Assembly (NCBI RefSeq): GCF_004010195.1
Contig: NC_057719.1
Coordinates: forward strand, 16,977,177-17,036,694
DNA: 59,518 nt
Source: Chiloscyllium plagiosum
Taxonomy: Eukaryota
Direction of reading: 5' to 3'
Below the pieces are notes generated by a model, which worked only from the letters and a program-made list of their open reading frames with translations, was not told the origin of the DNA and did not search any database. Every line of letters begins with the position of its first letter. Position 1 is the stretch's first letter. Made by a program: the position numbers and the translations under genes. This document shows positions 26,531-39,700 of this stretch, one piece after another.

Positions 26531-27373
26531 TTAACACAGTCTGGATATTAAATTTTTGGGAAATAGTGTAATATTGCATCATTTTGCCATCTTTCTGAAC
26601 TTGTCCTGTTAGTATGACCAAGCAATTTGGATTAAGGTATTTTGAATATATTTATGTTATGATAAATAAATGGCAATTGAATGGATTAGCTCCTCTCGAA
26701 GACTATCAAATGAATTGTTTGGATCTGAATCAAAATGGATGTACATCTGCATCAGTAAGATTTTGCTGTTTTCTAAGCTCTTGTTTCCATGTCTGAGTCG
26801 TATTGAGAATAAAGACAAAATTCCAGGTTGTTCAAATCTCACTTACAGTGGAGAATGTTAATTTAATGACAATCAGCAGTGAAGGGTACCACCAAGACTT
26901 AGAAAGACAGGAGAAAAGACAACTCAAACTATTGGTACATGTCAAACGTGCAGGCTGTATACGGTAAGGAAGTTTGAGGGTGGTTTAAGGTCTACGAAAA
27001 AGAAAGAACGATTGCAGCAGTCTAGAATTTCACAGCTTCAGATCTTTGGAACAAATTAATATGAAGAGGATTTAATTTATAAATAGACTGGGACCTTCAG
27101 ACTAAACATTTTTACATCATATTAGTTGTTTGGAAATTTAAGATTAATTATATTTTATTCCATCCATGAAGCCAGAAAATGAGCCAGTCCCACAATAATC
27201 TAGTTGGTTCGGATCTCTACATGACAGTGGCAGTCAATGTGACAATCTGCTGAAGTGTTTGATTAATTCCAACAAAAAGTCAAATTTAAGTTTTTGAAAA
27301 TCCTGAACCTGGGGAGTGAAAATGGTCTCACCATTGATATATACCTACAAAATTCACAAAATGAACTCAGCGA

Positions 27374-27421
27374 CCAATCAGAACAAAAAGTGGGAGTTTC
27401 ATGGCATTATTTGCATAACAA
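27374..27421 (+). promoter_or_regulatory. CCAAT box plus POU-SOX composite-like motif
   Basis: gaCCAATcag (27374-27378) and ATTTGCATAACAA (27409-27421); motif match only. Confidence 0.3.
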
Positions 27422-29299
27422 CAGTAATTAGGATTTTGCAAATTTAGCGACAGACCTCACTACTGAATGACATTTAGGAGAGCTTCCTCTACAACAGATG
27501 ACTTTTGAATAATCCCACCCTGCAGCTTGTGCTGGATTGTGCCTTTATTTCCTGTGGAAAATATCATTCAGATGTGGGATTTAACTTGAGGTTTAAACAA
27601 GGAAACAGTGAAGTAAACTGTGCAGAAGTAGAACAATCCTTTTGCTTCAAATAATTAATTGACTTGTGTTAGAGCGAGGAGTTTATCCATACAATCCTTA
27701 CTTGTTTAGTGCTCAAAGTACACTCTCATTACGACTATAATAGCTAAGGAAACAAAGAACTGAATAGGTGATCAAAAGACATGATGCTATTTGGTTTTCT
27801 AAAAGCTTTAAAAACCCAGACTGTGTAATTCAGAGTCGAAGAATGCTGTCTGTTTAATGATATGACCACTAAACCATTCAGGCTGCTACTAAGTTCATTT
27901 CCCTACTCATTCCTTGGAGATTGCTTGCTCGGAACCAGTTAATTTAAATTGAACATGGTACTCAGGATAAGAGAGACAGGCTGCCAAGCAGTGGAGGCCC
28001 CACCAGGCCCAGCAGCCTGGGTCAGGGAGATGGACAAAAACGGATGTTCTGCACTTCAGGTTCCCATACCTTCATCTATCAGTGCCAGGAGGGGAGCCGT
28101 CATCTTTTCATAACCTAATTGTGGTTCCAGATATGCATTTCTCCTTTTTTTTTCATAGGAGGGACACACTACATATTCGTTAGGAGAGCACATCATTTCT
28201 ATTCTCCTAGGTCAGTGTGGGAACAATTAAGTGTGGAGGGTGCAGCCAGTTTTCACTGTGCGGCGGACAGTTGATGAATGTGCGAGCAGGCAGCGAGTGA
28301 CAATATGCAGACAAGTGATGTAATTTGCAAATGGATACAGCGAGACAAAGTCATGAACAGCAAGGATTTTTTTTGTTTTTTTTAACTTGGAAAGAATACT
28401 ACGGAGAAAAGGTGCACGCACATTCACAAAAGGAAATGTTTTGTAAATATCCACACAATTTCTCCAAAATGTTTTTGACTATGTGATGTGAGTGGGGATT
28501 TTCATTAACCCCTTGAGTGCTGAAACTTCTGCTTAGCATTTGTGTGTAGATTTCTTCGAAGGTTCTGAAATTTTAGGAAAGCTACGTTTGACTGGTAAAT
28601 GTGGTTTTGATTGAATCAAGCTCCGCTTTAATGAGTTTGCAATGCTCTGCCGGGGCCGATGCTCTCACTTTCTTTATGTGAGGTATACTATTTGAAATAT
28701 AAAGCCCTGCTTATTTAAAGATCAAAGAGGAGTTGTCTGCTGAAATACATAATGTCTTCATTAAAACTGCCTTTTCCCCTTGATCTTATTTTGGGTTTAT
28801 GTCAATCAAATCTGAGGTGAGCTTGATTTAGATTGATCCAAATCCAAATGAACTATTTCAAAGGGGTGTTGATTACTACAGAAATTATCTGGATGGACCT
28901 TATCACTAATTTTATAAATACAGAGCTATGGAGTGACATGCTAGATGCATGACATTCATTCTATTATTGGTTCTGATTGTCAAGATACATTTTTGACAAT
29001 TTAATAAAAGTTTATCTATGTTGTCAGAGCATGTCTAGCAATGACTTCTCTGGTTCTTGTCTCTATACTTCTGGAGTCCTTCAAGGAAGAGGCCTCGTCC
29101 TCCACCTCACCTACATGTTGTTGTGTGGCAACATTAACCAAGGTGTGGGGTGAGGTTCCACATGTGTCCTGACAGCACCAACTCTTCCTCTCCAATATCT
29201 CTCCTGATCCTTTCATAAATTCTGTACTATCAGTCTTCTTGTCAATCACTGCTTCCTCCTTCTCCCTGGAGATTGTTAAGCTGCTTTCCTTTCACTTAT

Positions 29300-29706
29300 T
29301 TATATGAGCCCTGTATTATTTCCAACGTCAAGACCATTTACTTCCACCTCCATGACATGCTTGTCCCTACTCATCCAACAGTCTATCTGCTGCTGGACCC
29401 CTCATCCTTTCCATTGTGATGTCTAGTTTCCATTATTCCCATATTCTCTTGGCCAGACTCATATTTTCCAGCTTCCACTAACTTATTTAAGATTCAGCTG
29501 CCGACACTATCTTGTGCCAAGCCCTAATCCTCACCCTTACATATTTCTGTAACCTTCTCCAATCCTAAAGTCCCTCTGTTAAGCAAACCCTTTGATCTTT
29601 GAACCACCAATTGGTGGCCAATGTCTTCAGCTATCTAAGCCCAATGCTCTGGAATTCACTTGCAAAGTTTGTGCCTTCCCACCTCCCTCCTGGTTTTATG
29701 AAAGCA
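29300..29706 (+). mobile_element. Old L2 LINE 3' fragment
   Basis: aagaccatttacttccacctcc...ttggtggcc.atgtcttcagct...ctctggaattcact, typical of an L2 ORF2 end. Confidence 0.6.
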
Positions 29707-29717
29707 TTCTTAAAGCT

Positions 29718-29875
29718 CTGAAATAAAAACAGAAAGTGCTGGGGAAACTCAGCAAGTCTGGCAGGATCTCAAAGCATTAACACCATTTCTTTCTCCACAG
29801 GTGCTGCCTCTCCTGATGAGTTTCTTCAGCAATTTTTGCCTTTATTTTGAACTTCCAGCATCTGCAGTATTTTAT
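29718..29875. mobile_element. Fold-back family C-like element with 11-bp TSD
   Basis: Inverted arms; TTCTTAAAGCT at 29707-29717 and 29876-29886. Confidence 0.7.
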
Positions 29876-30369
29876 TTCTTAAAGCTTATCAGAGAAGCAA
29901 AACACTTACTTACCCCAAGTATTATCTCATTCTTAATTGGCCACTTTAATCACAGAATTATTATGGTGCTGAGGAGGCCATTTGACCCATTGTGCCTGCA
30001 CTGCCTCTATTATCTAGTCCAGCTATATTATCCAGTGCTAACCTCCTGCCTTTTCGCCATATCCCTGCACAGTATTACTATCCAAAAATCCATCCAATGC
30101 ACTCTCGAATGCATCAATTGACCTGCCTTCATCTCCCACCCTATCTCTTGCAAAAATGCAATCCCGTATTCCCAATTCCTCAACCTCCGCCGTATCTGCT
30201 CCCAGGAGGACCAGTTCCACCACAGAACACACCAGATGGCCTCCTTCTTTAGAGACCGCAATTTCCCTTCCCACGTGGTTAAAGATGCCCTCCAACACAT
30301 CTCGTCCACATCCCGCACCTCCGCCCTCAGACCCCAACACTCCAACCGTAACAAGGACAGACGCCCCTG

Positions 30370-30804
30370 GTGCTCACCTTCCACCCTACAAACCTCTGCA
30401 TAAACCAAATCATCTGCCGACATTTCCGCCATCTCCAAAAAGACCCCGCCACCAGGGATGTATTTCCCTCCCCATCCCTTTCCGCCTTCCGCAAAGACCG
30501 TTCCCTCCGTGACTACCTGGTCAGGTCCACGCCCCCCTACGACCCACCCTCCCATCCTGGCACCTTCCCCTGCCACCGCAGGAACTGTAAAACCAGCGCC
30601 CACACCTCCTCCCTCACCTCCATCCAAGGCCCTAAAGGAGCCTTCCACATCCATCAAAATTTTACCTGCACATCCACTAATATCATCTACTGTATCCGTT
30701 GCTCCCGATGCGGTCACCTCTACATTGGGGGGACTGGGCTCCTTCTAGCAGAGCGCTTTAGGGAACATCTCCGAGACACCCGCACCAATCAACCAAACCA
30801 CCCC
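30370..30804 (+). pseudogene. PLE linker plus GIY-YIG endonuclease frame (open up to the assembly gap)
   Basis: FTCTSTNIIYCIRCSRCGHLYIGGTGLLLAERFREHL: IIY..CxxC..YIG.T...R..EH. Confidence 0.9.
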
Positions 30805-30940
30805 NNNNNNNNNNNNNNNNNNNNNNNNNNNNNNNNNNNNNNNNNNNNNNNNNNNNNNNNNNNNNNNNNNNNNNNNNNNNNNNNNNNNNNNNNNNNNNNN
30901 NNNNNNNNNNNNNNNNNNNNNNNNNNNNNNNNNNNNNNNN
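30805..30940. other. Assembly gap (136 N)
   Basis: Run of n. Confidence 1.
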
Positions 30941-31012
30941 ACTCTATGCTACCATCTCCCCACCCCCACCCTCCTCTCACTTATCTCTCCACGCTTCCGG
31001 CTCTCTGCCTTT

Positions 31013-31048
31013 ATTCCTGATGAAGGGCTTTTGCCCGAAACGTCGATT
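31013..31048 (+). ncRNA. Minimal type-I hammerhead ribozyme, family A, core intact
   Basis: ATTC-CTGATGA-A-GGGC(tttt)GCCC-GAA-ACGT-C-GATT; canonical GUC triplet, predicted cleavage after C31044; stem I weak. Confidence 0.8.
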
Positions 31049-31645
31049 TTGCTGAAGCTCCTCGGATGCTGCCTGAACTGCTGTGCTCTTCCAGCACCAT
31101 TGATCCAGAATCTGGTTCCCAGCATCTGCAGTCATTGTTTTTACCTAGTGCATTCCATATCCTAACTACACACTGTATGAAACAAGATTTTCTCATATCA
31201 TTTGCGCATCACTTTAAATCTATGCCTGCTCATTCTTGTTTCTTTAATGAGTGGAAACAGCTTCTGTTCTATCCAGCCCACTCATGATTATTAACAGCTA
31301 TTGTGTTAGTAATAATTGGTAATGGTTTTTATGGGGTATGCTAAAATGTCATAGACCCTCAAAGCTAACTCTGTTTCTCTTTCTACAGGTACTATCAGAC
31401 CTGCTGAATATTTGTACACTTTCTATTTTAATTATTTACAGCATTCACCTTGTGCCTATGTGTTTGGCAGTCTTTACTTCCTGTTAGGCAGTGCAACCTT
31501 CTTAGGTCATGGAGTCAGTGCATGCTGTGTTCAGCATTGATTCCCTCATTAAGAAACGGTGCAAGATTGGGATCTGACCTGAACGATGGGTTATCACTCT
31601 TCACAGGTGCTGACCTTTAGCTTTGATTTACTTATTTCATCATAT

Positions 31646-31855
31646 CATAGAATCATAGAATTATGGAATCATAGAATCCCTACAGTTCGGCCCATCAAGT
31701 CCTCACTGACCTTCCAAACAGCATCCCACCCAGATTCTCGCCCTATTCCCATAATCCAACATTTACCATGACTAACCAATTTAGCCTGCACATTCCTGGA
31801 CATTATGGACAATTTACAGATGCCAATCCACCTAACCTGCATGTCTTTGGATTTT
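31646..31855 (-). mobile_element. 3' half of an HE1-related SINE
   Basis: catagaatccctacag...ccaatccacctaacctgcatgtctttgga. Confidence 0.7.
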
Positions 31856-34800
31856 ATATGCCATTTTCTATTCAATAAATAGTATGTAATGCATTGCGAA
31901 TGGTGTGTACTCTCAGGAATGTCATATGGGAACATTATAAATTTAATCCCTACCCTAGTAATATTTCTCACAAATATGTTTGTCTACCAATGACACAGAG
32001 GTCAACATTTCTATGATCCTCACAATGTTCCAAACAATTTCTGCAGTGAGTCACCTGAAACGTTCACTCTGATTCTCCCTTCACAGACTTGATGAGTACT
32101 TCCATTGTCTTCTGTTTTAAGTTCATACAATGGTAATCCTAGCAACAGCAATCTTTTTCCTTTGACAGGGACTTGTATAATCCGAATTTGATTTTGAATT
32201 GTAGAACAAAACTTTGACCTCTAAAAATACAGAAAGGATACCTAAAAATATCCCAGTTTAAATTATTTGCATATATTTTAGTTTCAAGAATTAATTATAT
32301 ATCTTCATACAGCAATGAAGAGAAAAACAGATAAATATGACATAAAATAAAAATGTTGCAAATAAAATAAGCAGATAGATGCCAGATTAATTAGATAGAA
32401 CATGATAGTTCATATGTTGAGAATAGATAGGTATAAATAGCAGATTAATTGGATTGTACGTGATCTTAAATATAAAGAATGGATAGATGATGAGTAGATG
32501 AATAGAACAGAAAAAAACAATAACATCAATGTTTATATCTAGATGTATTTAGAAATAGCAGCTTTACAAAGAAATTACTTACAGATTAAACATACCTGAC
32601 AAAAGAATTGAAGTACTAGTTTAAAAGGGACAAGTCTAAACTGTACTGGCAGTGCTTGCTCTTTGCTATTAAAAAACTTTGTCAGATAAAAATGTATCCC
32701 TCCCCCTGTTTGAGTTTCTGTAATTATTCCTCCTTCCCTAAGCCCCTGATGTCCTGTTTCATTGCATTCATCTCCTTCACTGACAGCCTCCTGCTCTTAA
32801 ATCAATCTAACTACACAAAGGTTGCTGGTTGGTTGATTTGTAACTTTCTGAAACTGGCCTGAAATTGACAAGATGATTGTTGGGAGAAGGTAAATTTCCA
32901 CAGCGTTTAAAGACAAACATATTTTCATTTGATTCACCCCATCGCAGATGATTTTCAATCTTTAGGCTATGGGGTCTGCTAATATTACCAGCTGCATACC
33001 TGAGCAATCTCCCAGAGAACAAGGTGGTTTACATGCAGACAGTAAAAGCCCTATTACACATTATCTGCAGCCATCATTACTGGGAGCCCATATTGAACAG
33101 ATTTATGGATAATGAAACGTTAACATATAGAATGTCTTCACTGCAGACGAATTTCATCGGCAATTTCTTTTCCTCCATTCAATCATTTTAAAGTAAGCAT
33201 TGGTCTTTCTTTTATCAATTTTGTTTTTATTTTCTTTATTCTTTAGGCTGAACATTGTGAAGGATGTAATTTGCAATGATTGGAACAACTTTCTGTTTTG
33301 GGTGTTAGTGGTGGTAGCACCAAACACTCCCAAGTCACACATGGCACAGGCAGATTTAGAGTTTAGCTCCCTTAAATATTCCGAACAAGGAGTTGTAATT
33401 ACAATATCCAAAGCACATTCTCCATTGGAAATGTCCACTCTGACACTGACCAGCTTTACTTATTCAGTAAATTTGTCAATTTTCTCTCTGTGCGTGACAA
33501 ATTTTCAACTGTCATGCTGTAGACTTGCATTGGCTAGATGTTATCTTGGAACTGTCCAAACTCGATTCCTCAAAGACATCTATAGCCAGTGAAGAATGCA
33601 GATATTTATTCCATTAGTCTGATGAAAACTACATGATTAATCCACTGCATGGTCCAAATGCCATTATATTTATTTTTATAGAAATGTACCTTTTTTAAGT
33701 GGTATTATGATGCATTTCTTCTCTTGTCCTCAACCAGCTCCTACCACTAACATCTTGGAAATTGACTAGAAGTTTAACTGAACCTACCATATTAATATTG
33801 TGGATATTTCTGAGGTCACTATCTTGCTGTGAAAGAAATATTTTTTGAACAACATATTCCATTAAGAAGGTGAAATGTTCAAATGTTCAATTAACTTTTG
33901 AGGGATCTAAAGTCAGAACTTTTGGTGCTAAAGGGACACAAACATTCAACAAGTTAAAGAACAATCCATTTATATCTGATGAGAAATGTATCATCAATAA
34001 TATTTATGCACAACAGGATGGCTCCCAAAATATAATGGAGTATGTTTAATTAGTGGAAATTATAGTATCAGTGTTTAAATAATCTAGTTAAAAATGACTT
34101 TTGGTTCCTTTTCAAATGGGATTATTGGAAGTAAGTTGGGCACCTCATTTAACTGAATATATCAGTTGGTTTATACCTTGACCTCCCTGGGAAGTGACCA
34201 GTTGCCTTTTTGAATGTTCTCATTCACGGAGATCAAGTAATCTTGCATTATAGAGATCACAGAACTGATATAAATTGCTGACTTCACCATGCTGTGCACA
34301 TTCGAAAGGTGTTTAGGTTATGTTGGTAAATTTATACCCAGGTGCCATATGGAACAGTGCTCTTGCTGCTTCAATCCTGCACAGGAGTTTGAATGTAATC
34401 ACAGTAGAGAATCTGGATACTATGGTAATAGTTAGAGTAGGTGAATTAAAGCTGGTCACAGGACTGTCACACCATACAATAACTTTCACATCACTTTTTT
34501 CATCTGAAGTGATTTATCAAAATCCACATTGTCTAAAAGTTAACTCTTCAATTTTACTTATTAAAGGATCAGTAGTTTTCTAAGTGATTTTGGTAACTTG
34601 TGCAAACAACTAACTGGGGCAAAAAAAATCCAAGTGCAACCATAATGTGCGTTAAAAGTGGCCTCTAATTGCACATCTCCGATGTCATATGTCTGTTGTC
34701 TTTAATTACAAACCATCTGCTCACCTGTATACAGTCTACTCCCAGCAACATGACACCAACCTCCTATTGAGGAGACTAAATAAAACAAATTATGCTATCT

Positions 34801-37481
34801 GTATTATATAAAATAACAGATGGTTGGGATAGCTTACTAAGGTTGTATACAATTCTGTGTTGGTCATGAGCCCTTATATATACATACAGCTCTTCCGTGT
34901 CTTGGCTGATAACCATGACAAGACCACATATGCCATTATTTTAAATATTGTCACAGGTCATCCTTTATTCTGATTATATCGTTGTTCCTTTACTTTTCTT
35001 AACAAACTAATTATTCCTTTAAAAAAGCTTTGCATTAGGTTTGTGATTGCAACCTTTAAGTGCAATTCTATTTTCTAGATGAATAAATATATTCTCGAGA
35101 AGAGCAAAAATAGAGACAGTGAGAGAAAGAAGTGGGGGAGGGAGCGGGTGGCTATCCCAGATCCCAGTCTACATGGCTGATAATTTTATTCACCTCCATA
35201 CATCACTGCTCAGTGTATTAATAAGTGGGTGAGAAGAAGTGTGATGAATGACAGACAGCCGCAGTGTCTCCTGTTTTATGAGTTTTACTGTACAGCTCGG
35301 AGAGCACTGGAGAAATGCAAGAGCAAAGCAGCAGTACGAGAAGATTTCAGCTGTTCAGTCTCAAAGCCAGAGAAAGAAAAAAACACTTCAACTAGTTTTA
35401 TTTATTGCAGTAAGTCTCCATGTAAACATTTAAAGACCACTGTTATTATGGTACGCATGAAGTTTATGACATTGATTATTACATATATATGTCAAGATAA
35501 CATGGAAACTGTATTTGTAAATTGCTTTTTGTTGCTTTACTATACGTATATGTGCAGAAAGTTACATCTTGAACAGTTGTGTGTAGGCTTAGTTTCTATG
35601 AGTAGGAATGACCTTGGTGTCTCCATCAAAATAAACACAGATTATGTCTCCTCAAAAGCAATGTCCAATTTATTTTGTCACATAGTGCAGGCCACAGTCC
35701 CACAGACATTGAGTTAAACAGCCAGTGTGTTTATGGACTGGAAATGACACTTTCTCAGATCGTTATTGGCAACTTAGCAGTATATTTGCATGGAGAATTA
35801 TTGTTACTCCTTATTTTTCTCTTTATTTTAATACATCACATTAACTTTAACAGAAAATGCTGCAGCATGAAAATGAAAACTATGCTAGCATGCCCTGCAG
35901 GGGCCAAATAGCCTCTTTCCATGCTGTAATGATGCTATGAGTTTGGAGAAATCTAGACTCAGCCAATGTACACACAAGTAGAAATTTAGGGTGGTTTCTA
36001 CATTGTCATTCAGTAAGACGGCTGAATTTTTTCACATGTTCCATATGCAACGTGTGCTGTCTTTTATTTTCAGAACAAGTGCCGCAGCTTGCTATCAGTC
36101 AATAGGGGGCTGCTTGAGGTTCCAGTATTGTCTGACAGTCAGATTCAGCAGCCACACTTTGTAATGATGAGTTTCATCAGTCTTCAATGAGCCACCAGGT
36201 AGAATACCTCTGGGAGTGCCCATGATTGTTGTATTTTATGGCAAAGCACAAAGACTTTTCTTTCTTTTATCTTGCCTTATCCCCCTTTTTTCGTTTTCTC
36301 AAAAGGATTGCATACATACAAATGTAAATTGATGGAGAGAAGAAGAGAGAGAATTAACCCTCTGCCTCCCAGAATAAGTTTAATACCCTTGAGCAACTGT
36401 TGACTATTATGGATGACCTGTTACAATAGTGGTTCTGATACTGAATGTGTGAGGGTGATTCAAGGGGAGCCAAAACCATCCAAAGAGATGGCCCAAGTGC
36501 AACTGACATTTGATATGTCCAGTTAGGGTGGAGTGGACTTAGTTTCAAATTTGAAATGTTTATGGTGAATTTCATTGAGTTGCAAGAAATCCTTGACTGG
36601 CCAAAAAGGCCTTGGCAGTGAGCCAGAAGGGGTAGATGCTGTAATGAATGAGACTGGGATTTGGAAGTGCCTAGAGTTGGTGTATTCCATTTTGAAGATC
36701 CCAATTTGCCTTGATTTAACTCTAGATATGTGTCTATAATTTACAATATTTAAAAAACTGTAATGCATTTGCTGGAAGTATAAGTACCCACTAGTAATGA
36801 TGGCTTAAATTGTGACAGTACATTCAGTTTGGAGATGTTACTGATGTATGTTCAACAGAATGTAGGAATCAGTGATGGGGGGAGCTGCTGAATAGCTCAT
36901 CAAACACAACTTGTTGAAGGCTTTCTCCTTTATATTTCTTTTAAAAGTTTGTTCCTGTGCGACAAATATTGGTGGTAAGGCTGGCATTTATTGCCCATCC
37001 TCAGCAAGTCTTCTTGAAGCTCTGTTTTCAATGTGGTGTAGGTGCACATTGTTGCTGAGCTGGGAGTTCCAGGATTTAGATCCCATGACACTGAAGGCCT
37101 TCATCATGTCCAATGCTGACTTGATAGGAGGTGGCTCAGTCTCGTTTTATTCTGATGAGACTTTCCTTGCAACAGTTTTAAAGCAATTGACTCGATTAAT
37201 TGCCGGGCATTTAGAGTCACAAGTAAGCTAGACTGGATAACAACAACAGATTTCCTTTTCCAAATGATGTTAGCAAGCCAGCTAGGTTTATGCAGCAATC
37301 CTCTTATCACATTCACCATCCTTTACAGTAGCTTTGCAATCCCAAATTATTAATTCATTTTACTTAAAATTCTGTGGGGAGATTTGGATTAATCTCTTCA
37401 GGTTGTTGGTCTTAAGCTTCTGGTGTACTGGTTACAATGATGCCACAGAATTCCTTAGATTGCACAGCACAGAAACAGGCC

Positions 37482-37720
37482 ATTCAACCCATAGTCAGCA
37501 TGGATTTATCAGAGGGAGATCCTGTCTCAGTAATTTAATTGGGTTTTTCTTGAAAAGGTGACTAAACATATTGATAAAATTAGTGCATTCGATGCGGTTT
37601 AGATAGACTTCAGAAAGGCATTGATAAGGTCCCACATGGAAGGCCAGTCCTAACGATAGGAGCTCATGGGATCCAAGCAAAGTGGGAAACCTGATCCAAA
37701 TATTGTCTTACAAATAGGAG
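37482..37720 (+). mobile_element. CR1 RT fragment
   Basis: SQHGFIRGRSCLSNLIGFF...DFRKA/DKVPHGR. Confidence 0.85.
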
Positions 37721-37999
37721 ACATGTTAGTGTGCTACAGACAGATGGCATACAGAGAATGGATTTTGACCTTGTATTCCAATGGAAATGCAAACTGAGGG
37801 ACAGAGATGTCAAATAGTCAGCTGATTTGTTATCATCTGTTTCACATGATCACGCAAAGGCAATAGTTAGCTCACTCTGTGCCCAATCTGTCTGTAGCAC
37901 TTTCAAACTGCACAGAATGCTCAAAATCAAGATCTATTTTACCATCTTTTTGCCACGTGGCAATTGGTGTAGGTGATTATTGTTGTACAATGATACAAG

Positions 38000-38435
38000 G
38001 AGTCCAGAGGAGGTTAACTGAATTGAGAAATGTATTCTCTTAATAAGATAAGCTCGAGAGGCCGGGATTCATTTCAACTGGAGTTTAGAAAAGTGAGGGT
38101 GACATGATTGAAGTATATAAGCAACTGAATTGTATTGACAAGGCAGATGTGGCAGATTCCTCCATAAACAGGAGGCACAGTTTTAAAATTAGGGGGTACC
38201 TTTTCAGGAGAGAGATGAGGAAAACTTGTTTCCCTGCCTCAGAGGTGGTAGAGGCAGGTCATTGAATTGTTTTGAATATAAAGCTAGAGAAATTCTTGGC
38301 AAGGAGGGGAAACCATGGGTTTCGGGATTTAGATGGAAATACAGAATTCGAAACAACAGCAGATCAACTGTGGTATTATTAAACGGTGGAGTAAGCATGA
38401 GAGGCTGAATGGTCTCTTTCTGTTCCTGTTTAGTA
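38000..38435 (+). mobile_element. CR1 3' fragment
   Basis: gtccagaggaggttaact...gtgagggtgacatgattgaagtatataag...gaggctgaatggtct. Confidence 0.7.
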
Positions 38436-38500
38436 TATTGGTATTTTTAACCAGTAAACAGCTGGGCCTTTGGTCACTGGAACCAAATAGCCCAACTCTT

Positions 38501-38943
38501 GGGTTCTGAGTAAGGCTCACCGGACCTGAAAAGTTTTTAGATTAGATTACTTACAGCGTGGAAACAGGCCCTTCGGCCCAACAAGTCCACACCGACCTGC
38601 CGAAGTGCACCCACCCAGACCCATTCCCCTACATTTACCCGTGCACCTAACACTACGGCAATTTAGTATGGCCAATTCACCTGATCTGCACAGTTTTGGA
38701 CTGTGGGAGGAAACTGAAGCACCCGGAGGAAACCCACGCAGACACGGGGAGAACGTGCAAACTCCACACAGTCAGTCGCCTGTGGCAAGAATTGAACCCG
38801 GGTCTCTGGCGCTGTAAGGCAGCAGTGCTAACCACTGTGCCACCGTGCCACTCACTGCCACCGTGCCGCCCACCACTCTGATTTCTCTCCACAGATGCTG
38901 CCAGACTTGCTGAGATTTTCCAGCAATTTCTGTCTTGTTTCTT
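38501..38943 (+). mobile_element. Family C HHR element split by an HE1 SINE
   Basis: gggtt-CTGAGTA-a-ggctc accg gacct-GAAAAGTT, then the SINE, then actctgatttctctccacagatgctgccagac... Confidence 0.75.
38537..38871 (-). mobile_element. Young HE1-like V-SINE with duplicated 5' head
   Basis: Reverse V-domain with CpGs retained; tgccaccgtgcc occurs twice at 38838-38867. Confidence 0.93.
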
Positions 38944-39700
38944 ACTTGGATAGCCCTGAGTTCCTGCAAATTTCAACTCCTTCCATCCTCTTCTGCATGC
39001 CACCCAGTATTCATTCCATTTCAGGCTACAGGTAGGATATTCTACCATGACTATTAAATAACTATGTATCCAACTTTCACTGATGGAACCAAGCTATCAG
39101 TGCTCCTTTTCAGACTCATACTCAGAATTGAGGTCGCTTTACATTGTTATATTTACTTTATTTTGGTTTATAGGTCACCAGGCAGTAATAACCCTCTGAT
39201 ACCAATTGGAGATTAGGAGTTGGTACATTCATCACCAATGGGAGGTTGAGAACAATATGACTGAAAAGTTTGCCAACTCTTTGAGAAAGCTTATCTACTT
39301 AGCCCCATACACTCCCTCCCCCCATCTTATGGCCTTGCAGATTTGCTCAATACTTCTTCAAGTATTTATTTAATTTTTTATTAAAAGTTAGCATTGTATC
39401 CACTTCCATCATCCTTCTGGGCAGTGCATTCAAAATCACTTCATTTAAAATATTTGACAACATTACCCCTCATCTCACAGATACTTTCTTCTGGAAGCTA
39501 GGGCAAGGCACCAACTGGAGTGTATTGGCATCGCAAGAGTCTCCCATTGCGAGTGGTAATTTTGTAAAGACCCCTCCAGGCCGCATGTCAGTTATTAAAC
39601 AGGACTTGCCAGACACTTGTTAATATTGTTGTTGTTACAGCACATTGAAAACAGGGGATGTCCTTCAAAAGTATAGAGAGTGTAGGAAGTTGCTTAAAAA

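Larger units (their letters stand above)
30133..31146 (+). mobile_element. Young 5'-truncated Penelope-like element (family A, Neptune-type features) inserted in an old CR1 tail
   Basis: SHPISCKNAIPYSQFLNLRRICSQEDQF... (from 30134), one frameshift near 30362, linker CHRRNCKT, GIY-YIG, gap, then HHR-bearing 3' repeat; CpG-rich; host CR1 (-) sequence resumes at about 31147. Confidence 0.9.

Noticed and set aside
28159..28210. Possible 52-nt micro-exon (polypyrimidine-ATAG acceptor, AG/GTCAGT donor)
   Set aside because: Signals are plausible, but the peptide is unrecognisable and no partner exons were found; needs RNA-seq
30028..30717. 229-aa minus-strand ORF
   Set aside because: Antisense shadow of the PLE coding strand
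33200..33592. Hydrophobic 130-aa ORF resembling a membrane protein
   Set aside because: Non-ATG start, T-rich composition, no recognisable family
35229..35717. 162-aa ORF
   Set aside because: GTG start, no domain, no splice support
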